DNA of 64,000 bases, from positions 1,922,001 to 1,986,000 of the forward strand of contig CM035362.1 of NCBI GenBank assembly GCA_020137815.1. Direction: 5' to 3'. Under the pieces are notes generated by a model. The model was not told the DNA's origin and ran no database searches. It was given only the letters and a program-made list of their open reading frames with translations. Of this stretch, positions 50,001-61,400 are shown piece by piece (positions within the stretch are counted from its first letter, which is position 1; every line of letters begins with the position of its first letter). This DNA is from Hormiphora californensis. Lineage: Eukaryota; Animalia; Ctenophora. The translations under genes were made by a program, and so were the position numbers.

Positions 50001-51422
50001 GCTTATAATGTTATGCATCCACTGCACTAGATTTAACTGAATATGCTACTTGCTAGAGACGGGGTACAACAGGCATGACCCTCTGCAGGAGAGGAAAACC
50101 TCCCTGTATGATACTAGTAGGAGCGCTTAGAACATGCACGTGCAAAAGTCGCACACCACACGAAATTTAGGCTACTGTCACTCATTTGCTTTGGATCGAA
50201 TCGAAAAATGACCCTCAAGTTTTTTGTAGATCTCGACGAGATCTTTTGAAAACTTGAGGGTCATTTTTCGATTCGATGCAAAGCAAATGAGTGACAGTCA
50301 CCCAAATTTCGGGTGGGGCGCGACTCTTGCACGTGCATGTTCTAAGCGCTCCTACTATACCTTGCAGTTGATTTCGCATTTCAGATAGTGTGCTCTCCAG
50401 TTTTGCAACCTTGGCGGTGTATTCCAAACTATCTGCTGTGCTCTTTTCTGTTAGAGCTGCGTGCTTCGCTTGGAGATCTTTCAGGCAATCTTGGGGGAGA
50501 TGGGAGTTGATACAATTACTTTCCAATAAGTATACGAAATTTATAAAAATCGTATTTTAGGGAAAAGAAAAATAGCTCTCTTTTTCAATGGATAACTTTA
50601 ACTTACCAGCTAGATACTGCTTACAATGCTGTCTGTAGCTGTTGATAAAGCCAAGGATAGGTGAACAAGATGTTTAAAAGGGTTAACCTCGACTACCTAG
50701 GGGAGGAAATCAGTAGTCTAAAATGCAGAGTCAATCAGTTTCTTTTTGGCTCTCTTTCCTATATGTTTATCAACCAAACAATGCGACAAACAATGCGACA
50801 ATACCTGCATTGTGGCAGTGGAATGCTGCGTCTGGAAGTGCAATTCAAACTTCTCTCTGCCATCCTCACACAGACGGAGGAGCTCGATAAATTTTGATGG
50901 AAACGATGGAAAATCAATCAGGAGACCTGAACATGTTGAATTGTTAAATTCGGTGTGGTAGCAATTATAGAAGGTTGGTGTAGCCGGGTGTAGCGTACCT
51001 ACATGCATTTCAGTTACCATGGTGTAGACCAAATCGCAATGACGAAAGACACCCGACACTCGAAGAAGAAGAAGAAGAATGCATTTCAGTCTTCACACTA
51101 TTGTTACAATATGCTAATAACCTTGCTGTGTTTTCAAATGGTGATATTCCTCCTCAGTTAGCTTTAGGGAGTACATCATGAAGACATCACCGGGGTTCGT
51201 TACACGAATATTCAGGTCCCGCCTCTGTCCTGAAACAATATGTCGATTGAATCAAACAGTTTCTCAAGCGATTAACCTTGTGTGCTTGTTGGGAACTGCT
51301 TTCAAGCAATCATGTGATTCATTACCTGTTAGTGAGACACAAATTTCAAGATTTTGCTTCGTTTTATTGCATGCTCCTTCTTGGACCCAAGTTGGAATTT
51401 GACCGTTGAACTGCACATCCAT
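33984..51422 (-). CDS. SASS6: Spindle assembly abnormal protein 6 (centriole cartwheel)
   Basis: Exons 51422-51326, 51229-51122, 50926-50805, 50696-50607 (1-nt deletion, probably an error), 50489-50361, 49968-49862, 49201-49079, 48893-48795 [duplicates 43937-43815, 43708-43610], 36824-36693, 36439-36275, 36190-36053, 35183-35008, 34829-34774, 34595-34435, 34297-34219, 34024-33984. Head motifs LKTQQGLLIDFPSFPSKFIELL and VEVNPFKHLVHLSL; coiled-coil motifs EVVKGNEIIQKMQ and LKSNENVIAWLNKQIN. Confidence 0.93.
35251..35975. mobile_element. Pogo/Fot1-like non-autonomous DNA transposon in a SAS-6 intron
   Basis: TA|GGGTAGAAAGGGGTAAAATGGCACAC...GTGTGCCATTTTACCCCTTTCTACCC|TA, with many internal GGGGTAAAATGG repeats in both orientations. 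Confidence 0.8.
37120..43303 (+). CDS. Secreted glycoprotein with two internal ~170-aa repeats, nested antisense in a SAS-6 intron
   Basis: About 15 GT-AG exons: 37120-37181, 38066-38188, 38401-38662, 38872-38976, 39173-39311, 39731-39837 (needs a 1-nt indel), then approximately 40210-40329, 40806-40986, 41148-41238, 41333-41473, 41613-41706, 41866-42050, 42228-42319, 42459-42605, 43111-43303. Signal peptide MLRFLLVLLCLYQGSDG; many N-x-S/T sequons. Confidence 0.75.
37283..37505. repeat. 16-bp minisatellite (ACCGGGACCTAGATTK)n expanded from a MITE subterminal repeat
   Basis: About 14 units follow the MITE end TAGTCGGACCTCAATTTACCGGG. Confidence 0.85.
40380..40803. repeat. (ACTAA)n/(ACCAA)n microsatellite filling an intron; copy at 45402-45826
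   Basis: Read directly. Confidence 0.95.
42610..43090. repeat. (GTTT)n microsatellite filling an intron; noisy copy at 47592-48275
   Basis: Read directly. It produces the spurious CLFV-repeat ORFs. Confidence 0.95.
44600..49670. repeat. Tandem near-copy of ~39550-44070 (3' part of the nested gene plus two SAS-6 exons)
   Basis: Colinear match from the MITE fragment through CATTAGAGGGTTCTGTACAGAGCTTTATT. This copy has many indels in its 5' part. Confidence 0.9.
49273..49591 (-). mobile_element. Non-autonomous Helitron
   Basis: Minus strand A|TCTCTATTATAATTTGG...GCGCACCCAATGGGTGCGCTAG|T: 5' TC, 3' hairpin plus CTAG, A-T target. It is absent from the duplicate copy near 43950. Confidence 0.8.
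50115..50357. mobile_element. Palindromic MITE next to a SAS-6 splice donor
   Basis: TAGTAGGAGCGCTTAGAACATGCACGTGCAA...TTGCACGTGCATGTTCTAAGCGCTCCTACTA; the arms extend almost to the centre. Confidence 0.85.
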
Positions 51423-52270
51423 CGCTACAGATTTTCAGATATTTTAATATTTAATTAGTTTCAAGTATGGGTTTAGGGCAAAATGCAAATGGACCCCGAC
51501 CCTGGCGAAAACCAGGGGCTCTTTCAGCATCCCAGACCTGCAGCCCCCAATTCTCCCCCTCGGTTCCGACAGCGGACAGATATTCGCTCGATTTTATACT
51601 CCGCCGTACATCATTAGAGAGCATTGACGCCGTCACGGACTCATTACGAACAGCCGGGAGCAAAGAGCGGAAAAAATAAAAGAGCGGAAATTTGAAAAAT
51701 ATTTGGGAAAAAATCAAAAAAGGAAAAAAAAGGGGGAAAAAAAGATAAAAAAAAAAAAAAAAGACAACAAGAAAAAATAAAAAAGAAAAGCAGAAAACGA
51801 ATGTGCAGTCGGAAGAGTAGGAGGAGAGATAACCCGCAGTATGTAACGAGACTGGATATTTTTGAATAGTATTCTTTTTTTTTTTTGAATGACATGTGCA
51901 GCCCCGATATCATTATTAATTTTCGCCCCCGCATTACATTATTCATACATTTTGGCAGCGCAAAACGAATTTCGAATAAATTGTTTTCTTGCCAACGAAT
52001 TTAAAAAACCAACCAAAAAACTTCAAAATTTGACAAAAACTCCAAAATTCAACCCCCGGGCCCTTCTTGTGGACGATTTGCCCCTACAGGCTACATCCCC
52101 GCCGGGGCTGCGCCCCTAGAGGCTAGACCCGGCTTGTAAGGGGTTTCGCTCTACGCCCCTGACCGTGGCTGGTCTCTTCCAGCCACTGGAAGACATCATA
52201 TCATCCACTTTCATCCACTTTCATCCCAAAAACAATCAGCAACCAACTGACACCGAACAATCGGAAGCTC

Positions 52271-53356
52271 TTGTCACTCCCTGCCCGGCACGGGGGCCTT
52301 GGAATCTTTAATCCCGTCGAGATCGCGGATTTCGAATATACCAGTTCTGCTGCAGCTACTGCACCACTCTCCAAAATCATTAACGGACAGAAAACACAAT
52401 TTGATCCAGAGAGTTTGCATTTGCTGAAGCGGGATCTGGTGTCTGCGAAATCCGAGATGTTGACCACCAAACGGCTGAGCCAGACCAAGGCTGAAGAGCT
52501 TGTGAGAGAGGCACTGCCACCCACCGAACAGCGTTTTCACCAAGAGAGAACACGGCGAGGATCGTCCATATGGGTAACATCTCTCCCCCTCAAGGAACAT
52601 AGGTTCAATCTGAACAAACAGGAGTTCTGGGACTCCATGTCCCTCCGCTACTGCTTGGAACTTGAGGGTAGACCACCAAACTGTCCGTGTGGAAAACCTA
52701 ACACCACTGAACACAGCCTCTCTTGTCATCTTGGTGGTTACGTGCAGCTGCGGCATAATGAGATCCGGGACCTTACTGCAAACCTGCTGAAAGAGGCGGG
52801 ATGCCGTGATGTTTCAAGAGAACCCCATCTTCTCCCAATCACTGGCGAAACGTTCCGGCTAAAATCAGCAAACACTGCAAACGATGCTCGCCTTGATGTT
52901 GCTGCCAGGGATTTTTGGCTTCCCATGGACAAAATTTACACAGATGTGCGCATCTTCAATCCATTGGCTCCCACAAACAGTGCCATTCCTCTTGATACAG
53001 CTCTGAAACGACACGAGGACGAGAAAAAACGCTGCTATAACGAACGTGTCCTTGAGGTTGAACAGAGTTGTTTTTGCCCACTCGTGTTTTCAGTAACTGG
53101 TGCCCTGGGCAACGAGGCAGAAAAGTTCTACAGGCGCCTTGCCAAGCTGCTTGCTGACAAAACACACCAGGCTTACTCTGACACCATCCGTTACATTAGG
53201 CAGCGGTTGTCTTTCACCCTGCTCAGAACAACTGTCATTAGCTTGAGAGGGCATAGAGGCAATAAGTTCACTAAAACGAGGCAGTATAAGAGCGAACTCA
53301 ATGACATTAACTTATTATATAACACTTTTAATTCTACCAAATTTAATCAATTTTAA
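52271..53356 (+). mobile_element. 5'-truncated non-LTR retrotransposon with restriction-like endonuclease (CRE-like clade)
   Basis: LPARHGGLGI (RT thumb), CPCGKPNTTEHSLSC (CCHC knuckle), RHNEIRD, RLDVAARDFW...YTDVRIFNP, HEDEKKRCY and FCPLVFSVTGALG (RLE motifs). Confidence 0.85.
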
Positions 53357-53765
53357 TCAATGCAGTAATTTATTAATCTTCTCCCCCATGGGAGACCGGT
53401 ATTTTCATATTGATATTGTTATCTAATCCCATTTTAACCCCCTTTTAGAAAACCGTGGCTACCACCCCTAGCCCCGGTCCCCGGACGCACAGGAGCAGCT
53501 CCAGCCTCCGTCGACGGTCGACCGTCACTGAAAATTCTGAAGATTTTACACCCATTTACACTTCTTAGATCTTGAGTGACGAGCCACCTTGATTTGGTCT
53601 CCCAACAATTGTCGTTCACAACCAAAAGTCTTACGATTCACCATCGTGGCGTGGCGACTGGCATCGTTAATCGTCCGTATTTCTTCTCGTTTGATTATAC
53701 CAAGGTGATAACCATGATAAATATGACAAATATAATACCCTTCTAGATAGGAGGCTGAGAGAGGT

Positions 53766-55408
53766 ATGGTGGCTGAAGAAGAAAAGGAGAGATCCGTTAA
53801 ACATGACCCACCAGAAAACAAGTTTACCCGTTGGGGTCTCTATTTTTACAACTTTTTCTATTTCGTAAGTTAACATAATTTGTGTTGATTTGAGTTAAAA
53901 AATAACATAATTTCTTGTCTGTTTTTGAAAATAGCAACACCCCTTTTTCCAGTTCTTTTCCATCGGGTTCTTCTATCTGGGGATATGGTACATCTTCCGG
54001 ATGCAGATGATAGGAATAACAGAGTACAATCTAGTGTTGTTCATTTTCATCATTCTCTTCGCCCTAGGATCCCTCATCATGATATCTCGTAAGTATTCGT
54101 TCGGTTGGTTAGTATAATACTGATGTGTTAGATTCTGATTGATTTTCTGTTTCTACGTGTGTTTTTTTTTGTGTTTGTTTCTGAGTATGTTTCTGTGTGA
54201 GCGTTTGTTTCTGAGTGTGTTTTTGTGTTCGATTTTCATTCTCTCCAGAGGTTGTGCTGTGTTCTGGGACATTTTGGCAAAATAAAACAACTCTTTACGT
54301 GGTTTGTTATAATTGCACCTCCTACCTACTTCTTATCACACCTTCTTAACGCATCATCTTCTTTAGTAGTATTGTTCTTTAGTAGTAGTATTGTCAGATC
54401 CCCAATGTACCGGGCTGATGTTGGTTAAATAGCACGGTGACGATTTGTTTGCACACGATAGTCACACCATATTCTTTCTTTCAAAGCACTTTGTTTCAGT
54501 TTTAGTTTTAGAACATCATAATGTTATCTTCACTGTTTTAGCCGGTAATACCAACAACAATGCACCGTCTATTAACAATGTGTTTTCAACTCACTCTCTA
54601 AACCCCTTTTTTCAGTTTCTGGCTTTAATGTGGATCATCTTGATAATTCAAGTCGCCTTCACTATCTGGCTATATGATGACTTACCAATGGTTAGTTCGG
54701 TTAAATATACTCTGTCTTCTTCTAGGAGTTCTAAACTTTTAAACCACCATTTAGTTTCTCAGAAAAATTTGATATATATAATCTCAAAAGCAAACCTTTT
54801 GTTACAGCTTTCCAGTGCGGTAAAGAACCAGTTGATAACACTGATGAAGGTATATGGAGAGGACGGTGATATGACGATGAATGAGATCCAGTATGATGTA
54901 GGTCAAGGAGCATGATAGCATGCTGTGACTTAGGATTGCTAGCTACGTTCTAAACTTTCTCTCAGTACCCGCGCTAAAACTCTCACTCTCCTCTATCTCT
55001 CCTCTATCTCTCTCTCTCTCTTTCTAGTTAAAGTAACGATCTTACTCTCCCTCGCAGTACTCGTGTTGCGGAATTGAAAGTTACAAGGACTGGTACAACA
55101 CCACCTGGGGATATCTTCATCCCTACCAAATCCCTGGATCCTGCTGTAACTCATTCAGTCCTACTTGTATTGCAAACATGACCGTCTCAAATATGGTTAG
55201 TTCCTACTTCCTCTCTCTCTCTCTCCCCTCTCTCTCTCTCTCCTCTCTTCTCCTCCCCTCTCTCTCTTCCCCTCTCTCTCTCTTTTCCCCCTCCTCTCTC
55301 TTCCTTTCCCCCCCCCTCTCTCTCTCCTCTCTCCCCCCCCCCTCTCTCTCTCTTCTCTCTCTCTTCCTCTCTCTCTCTCTCCTTCTCCCCCCCCTCTCTC
55401 CTCTCTCT

Positions 55409-55447
<39 letters not shown>

Positions 55448-58400
55448 CTCTCTCCTCTCTCTCTCTCTCTCTCCCCTCCCTCTCTCTCCTAATTTTCTTC
55501 CTCCTACAGGGATGTGATCATGTCGTGTCAGATGAAATTTTTGCAACCTACAGTTTACTTATCACTGTCACACTGTTCGCCTCGTTTTATCAGGTTAATA
55601 AAATACTTAATTGAATATTCAAATGTTAATTAATTGATTATTCAAATAGAATAGTTGACAGTTGTTGGGCGACTTCTCTTATAACCCCCAATAATAAACC
55701 ACTTGATCACTAAATTGGTTACTACACGGCGTGCCTGGTGAAATTTTAACACGACCTAGCATGCAACGGGAAACCACCACTTGTACGTGGTAGCTGAGGG
55801 TCTACAGAATGGCGCTACGGTGCGGGAAAAAAAAGTCCATTCCCTAAAATCGTTTTTTTTACTTTTATTTGATTTGGGTCAAAATTGGCTATATTAAACG
55901 TGGTCCCGAAAAATCCATAATGACTTAGCACACGAAATATGTCACCCCTACCTATTTTTGCACGTAGAATCGATTGCCGTTGAAGTCGAATCTCTAAAAT
56001 GACTGTAAAATGGTCAAAAGTTGATTTTTTACCATTTTTTGGAGGTTTTTGGCCCCTAAACCATTGAAAACGTTGAGATAGGAATTTGAAACTAGTGCCA
56101 ATCGTTAAAATGGTCATTTTTCTACCAAGAACCAAGTTTTCGTGTATATCCGCACGGTGTCCCTTAAGGAGGTGAAACCTCGGCTAGATAAAGTATTTTG
56201 GAGACCGGACCTAGGTTACGTATTTTTGACCGAGGAATCCGAAAAACATAAAATTAAAATCGAAAACGTAGCGGTTTTTGCGTAAAACGGCAAAAAACTG
56301 TCATTTTTCTGCGATTTTCGACTTTTTACGCTTTCTAGAGATTTAAAAAATATTTCCTTACAAGATATGATCTTGTGCTTCTAGACTAATAAAATACAAT
56401 CGATTTGCTACAAATTGGTCCCGGGTTTGTGTGATTTGGTCAAAAGCTCTCTTTACTGTGGCCCATCAAAGATGGCCACTCTGCAAATACGTATTTGGCT
56501 CCTGTGGCTGCAGATGTAAACCAAAAGAAGATTTATTATACACCAAAATTTGCGTCTTCTCAAGGCAAACAACCTGGTTTTTACGAAATTTGATTTTATG
56601 CAGGCGTTCAAAAATTAAAGCCGAAAAACTGTTACAGTGGATTTCGGAAATGCCCCTACTTCAACAAACCCTAATCCAGATAAGATTTCGAATAATATAC
56701 ATCTTCATAGATGAAAATGAAGCTCAGACAAATTCCAACACGACGCAAAAAACGGAAAGTGCGTATCTCATTTCGTTTAGAAGTTATAGCCAAAATAAAA
56801 GTGCTTATATTTGCCTTGAAAACACCCTCTAAAAACCATACTTTTAGACAATTTCTGACAATTCCAAACAAATTCTGTCCACAGGGGGCTAAGTTGGTGC
56901 ACTGGAGGTGACATTTTATTCGTATTGCATTTTTAGACAGATTTGCTATTTTTCAGGGCTTTTAGCTGGTGTTTTCAAGGCAAATATAAGCACTTTTATT
57001 TTCGCTATAGCTTCTAAACGAAATAAGTTACATACTTCCCGTTTTTTGCATCATGTTGGCATTTGTCTGAGCTTCATTTTCATGTATGAAGATGTATATT
57101 TTTCGAAATCTTATCTGGATTAGGGTTTGTTGAAGTAGGGGTATTTCCGAAATCCACTGTAACAGTTTTTCGGCTGTAATTTTTGAACGCCTTCATGAAA
57201 TGGAATGTCGTAAAAACCAGGTTGTTTGCCTTGAAAAGACGCAAATTTTGGTGTATAATAAATCTTCTTTTGGTCCACAACTGTGGCCACAGGAACCAAA
57301 AACGTGTTTGCAGAGTATACATCTTTGATGGGCCACAGTTAAGAGACCTTTTGAACAAATCACACAAACCCGGGACCAATTTGTAGAAAATCGATTGTAT
57401 TTTATTAGTCTAGAAGCACAAGATCATATCTTGAAAGAAAATATTTTTAAAATCTCTAGAAAGCGTAAAAAGTCGAAAATCGCTGAAAAATGACAGTTTT
57501 TGCCGTTTTACGCAAAAACCGCTACGTTTTCGATTTTAATTTTATGTTTTTCGGATTCCTCGGTCAAAAATACGTAACCTAGGTCCGGTCTCCAAAATAC
57601 TTTATCTAGCCGAGGTTTCACCTCTTTAAGCACGGTGCCCCTTAAGGACGTTCCACCTCGACCGAGTCCCCCAGCAAAACGAACGGTTGTGTGACCTAAA
57701 GGGGACCTCTGGGAACTACGGAGGACTGTGGGGGAAAAGATTTAAAAGTAGCCTAAAAAATTAAAACGATAGAAAGATAGCTATCGTTTTTTTCACTTTG
57801 AAAATACGACATTTCTTTAACAAAATCCTTGATCAGGATCATGCAAGTGTCTCCCACCTATTTTTTGACGTAGAATCGAATGCCGTTGAAGTCAAATCTC
57901 TAAAATGTTAGAAAAATTGTGAAAATCGCGTTTTTAGGTGTTTTTTGGTGAAAAAGCGTTCAAACTGGTACCAGATGATGAGATAGAGTCCCAAAAGTAT
58001 GACAAATCGCTTTTTTGGGACCTTTTCGCCCTAGAAGCAGATTTTTATGAGAATCTGGTTCAGCGCCTATTCTCTGTATACTTTCAAAGAAGGTGAATAT
58101 TGCTCTAATTTAGCCAATTTTGAAGAAAAGTCATCCAAAACAGTACTAGATGATGAGATAGTGGCCCAAAAATATAACTAATCGATGTTTTGGGTCTTTT
58201 CCGTCCTAGAAACAAATTTGCATGGCGGTCGGATGATACGTTTCCTCTCGGTAGGCCTCTGAAGTAGGTGGAAATAGCCAAAATATAGCGATTGCGGCAA
58301 ATGAATGTGAATAAACGTTTACCAAACCCACTTCATCATCATGTATGGCTCTTGCATAGTCCAGTAGCCCAGAGATAGGTCATACATGATGCTAAAGTGG

Positions 58401-61400
58401 GTTTGGTCAACGTTTATTCACATTCATTTGCCGCAATCGCTATATTTTGGCTATTTCCACCTACTTCAGAGGCCTACCGAGAGGAAACGTATCATCCGAT
58501 CGCCATGCAAATTTGTTTCTAGGACGGAAAAGACCCAAAACATCGATTAGTTATATTTTTGGGCCACTATCTCATCATCTAGTACTGTTTTGGATGACTT
58601 TTCTTCAAAATTGGCTAAATTAGAGCAATATTCACCTTCTTTGAAAGTATACAGAGAATAGGCGCTGAACCAGATTTTCATAAAAATCTGCTTCTAGGGC
58701 GAAAAGGTCCCAAAAAAGCGATTTGTCATACTTTTGGGACTCTATCTCATCATCTAGTACCAGTTTGAACGCTTTTTTCACCAAAAAACACCTAAAAACG
58801 CGATTTTTACCGTTTTTCTAACATTTTAGAGATTTGACTTCAACGGCATTCGATTCTACGTCAAAAAATAGGTGGGAGACACTTGCATCTTCCTGATCAA
58901 GGATTTTGTTAAAGAAATGTCGTATTTTCAAAGTGAAAAAAAAACGATAGCTATCTTTCTATCGTTTTAATTTTTTAGGCTACTTTTAAATCTTTTCCCC
59001 CACGGTCCTCCGTAGTTCCCAGAGGTCCCCTTTAGGTCACACAACCGTTCGTTTTGCTGGGGGACTCGGTCGAGGTGGAACGTCCTTAAGGGGCACCGTG
59101 TAAGGGACACCGTGTCCGATTTATGGTTAGATTTGGGCAAATTGTTGAAATCTGCCAACTAGGAGAACCGTAACTTGATTTTCTTGTTTTTTGGATTTTG
59201 GCATTTTTGACAAACTTCTGATTGAAATGGTCAATCGGGACCATGCTTAAGTTGTTTATGGGACAATTTTCGACTAAAATCCAAGATTTCATACCAATCC
59301 AATAACAGATCGTTGATTTATAGAAAATTTAAGTAGGCAAAACGGTCAAAATAAGCAAGAAAAGTTGTCATTTTGACCGTTTTGCCTACTTAAATTTTCT
59401 ATAAATCAACGATCTGTTATTGGATTGGTATGAAATCTTGGATTTTAGTCGAAAATTGTCCCATAAACAACTTAAGCATGGTCCCGATTGACCATTTCAA
59501 TCAGAAGTTTGTCACAAATGCCAAAATCTAAAAAACAAGAAAATCAAGTGGTGGTGGTGGTGGTACAGATAGGTTATAGCGTGCCAAACTCTGCCCGTTA
59601 GGGCAGAACGACATTGCAACCTCGTCATAGCGTCTGTCATCGTGTTGTGGTCAGTTAATATCATGGCATTCTTAATGTCAGTCAGTCATTGTACTTGCCA
59701 GACACTTACGCAGCCCCCACGGTTAAAGGTCGGTTGCACTCTTCGCATCTCCGCCCCGTGAGGACATTTGCAGTTATCTTGCGAATAAGCAACATGACAA
59801 GTTAGGGGGCAGATTTTCAAGCTTGGGTGGCTGTGCAAGTAAGCCTGTTCGTTTGTTTGTTACGACGACGGTCCGTCGAGTGGACACTTCTCAAGCTTGG
59901 GTCTGGGGTAGTCTGTCTATAGTAGCTCTAATTAAATAATTGGTTGGTAAGGTTAAATCCGCTAACATTATCAATTGTACACACTGAATGAACAGTCAAT
60001 ACAGACAGATGAACTTACAGTATTTGATGTATGATTGATACCGTGATGTTGTTGGTGATGAGGTGAGAGGTGTATTCCTTTCAATTACAGGTAAAGTTAA
60101 AAGACGATCGAACACAAATAAGGCGTGGGGCAGTACCAACGTAGAGTGTAAAATGTTCTAGAAGACAAGTCGGATAATATAGATAAGACCAGTGATAACT
60201 GTTACACGCGATAAGCGACTTAGTGCACCAAAACACAAGGATTGTCGCTGTAGTGGCCTGTGTAACAAAGTGCCCTAAATTGGGAAGGGCAGGGGTGGGG
60301 GAGGTGGGGCGGGGGTGGAGGGGGCGGGGCGAAGGGGGTGGGAGGTAGGAAGAGAATAGAGAAGAGTGCTAAGTGTGAGATTTGATCTGAAGAGAGTTGT
60401 TGAGGAAGGGGGATTTCAACAAGAAGAGAGGGGACGGGACAAAACAACGAGACGTAATCATTCTGATAATTGCTAGGGACTGCTGGGGGAACATTCAGTA
60501 GGGATTGTGAAGTGAATAAAGTGAATTAGCAGAGTTAGAAAGGGGAAATGAGATGCCATTTCCAGACCAAATTGACAAGAATAACAAGCGAGAAACGTAT
60601 TACAAGTGGTAGGTGAAGAATGAAGTTGCTATGCATCAGGATACCGCAGTGTGCTCCTTTATCAAACCAGGGATTGCATTTGAAGATTCAGAGCTGTTTG
60701 AGCCGCGCAAATTAACAGGAAATGCGCGCCACACAGTGGCTGCTGGCGGTGTAATATCTCCAAAGACATGATCGATACATTTGGAGGCGTTGCCATGGGA
60801 ATGAAACAGGGAGAGAATAGAGAAGAGTGCTAAGTGTGAGATTTTATCTGAAGAGAGGGGACGGGACAAAGCAACGAGACGTAATCACTCTGATAATTGC
60901 TAGGGACTGCTGGGGGAACATTCAGAAGGGATTGTGAAGTGAATAAAGTGAATTAGTAGAGTTAGAAAGGGGAAATGAGATGCCATTTCCAGACCAAATT
61001 GACAAGAGTAACAATCGAGAAACGTATTACAAGTGGCAGGTGTAGAATGAAGTTGTTATGCACCAGATTACCGCAGTGTGCTCCTTTATCAAACCAGGGA
61101 TTGCTTTTGAAGATTCAGAGCTGTTTGAGCCGCGCATTTGAAGCGGAAATGCGCGCCACACAGTGGCTGCTGGTGGTGTAATATCTCCAAAGACATGATC
61201 GATACATTTGGAGGCGTTGCCATGGGAATGAAACAGGGAGAGAATAGAGAAGAGTGCTAAGTGTGAGATTTTATCTGAAGAGAGGGGACGGGACAAAGCA
61301 ACGAGACGTAATCACTCTGATAATTGCTAGGGACTGCTGGGGGAACATTCAGAAGGGATTGTGAAGTGAATAAAGTGAATTAGTAGAGTTAGAAAGGGGA

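Noticed and set aside
50607-50696. SAS-6 pseudogenisation by frameshift
   Set aside because: A single missing A in a short A run (GTA AAG) in an error-prone assembly explains it; all other exons are intact.
53667-53876. Minus ORF MLTYEIEKVVKIETPTG as SAS-6 exon 1
   Set aside because: It is the antisense of tetraspanin exon 1. A better SAS-6 first exon (MDVQFNGQIP...) lies at 51422-51326.
56164-57629. Separate Kolobok/piggyBac element bounded by TTAA
   Set aside because: The TTAA is part of the second element's TIR (CACGGTGTCCCTTAA), which is complete once element 3 is removed.
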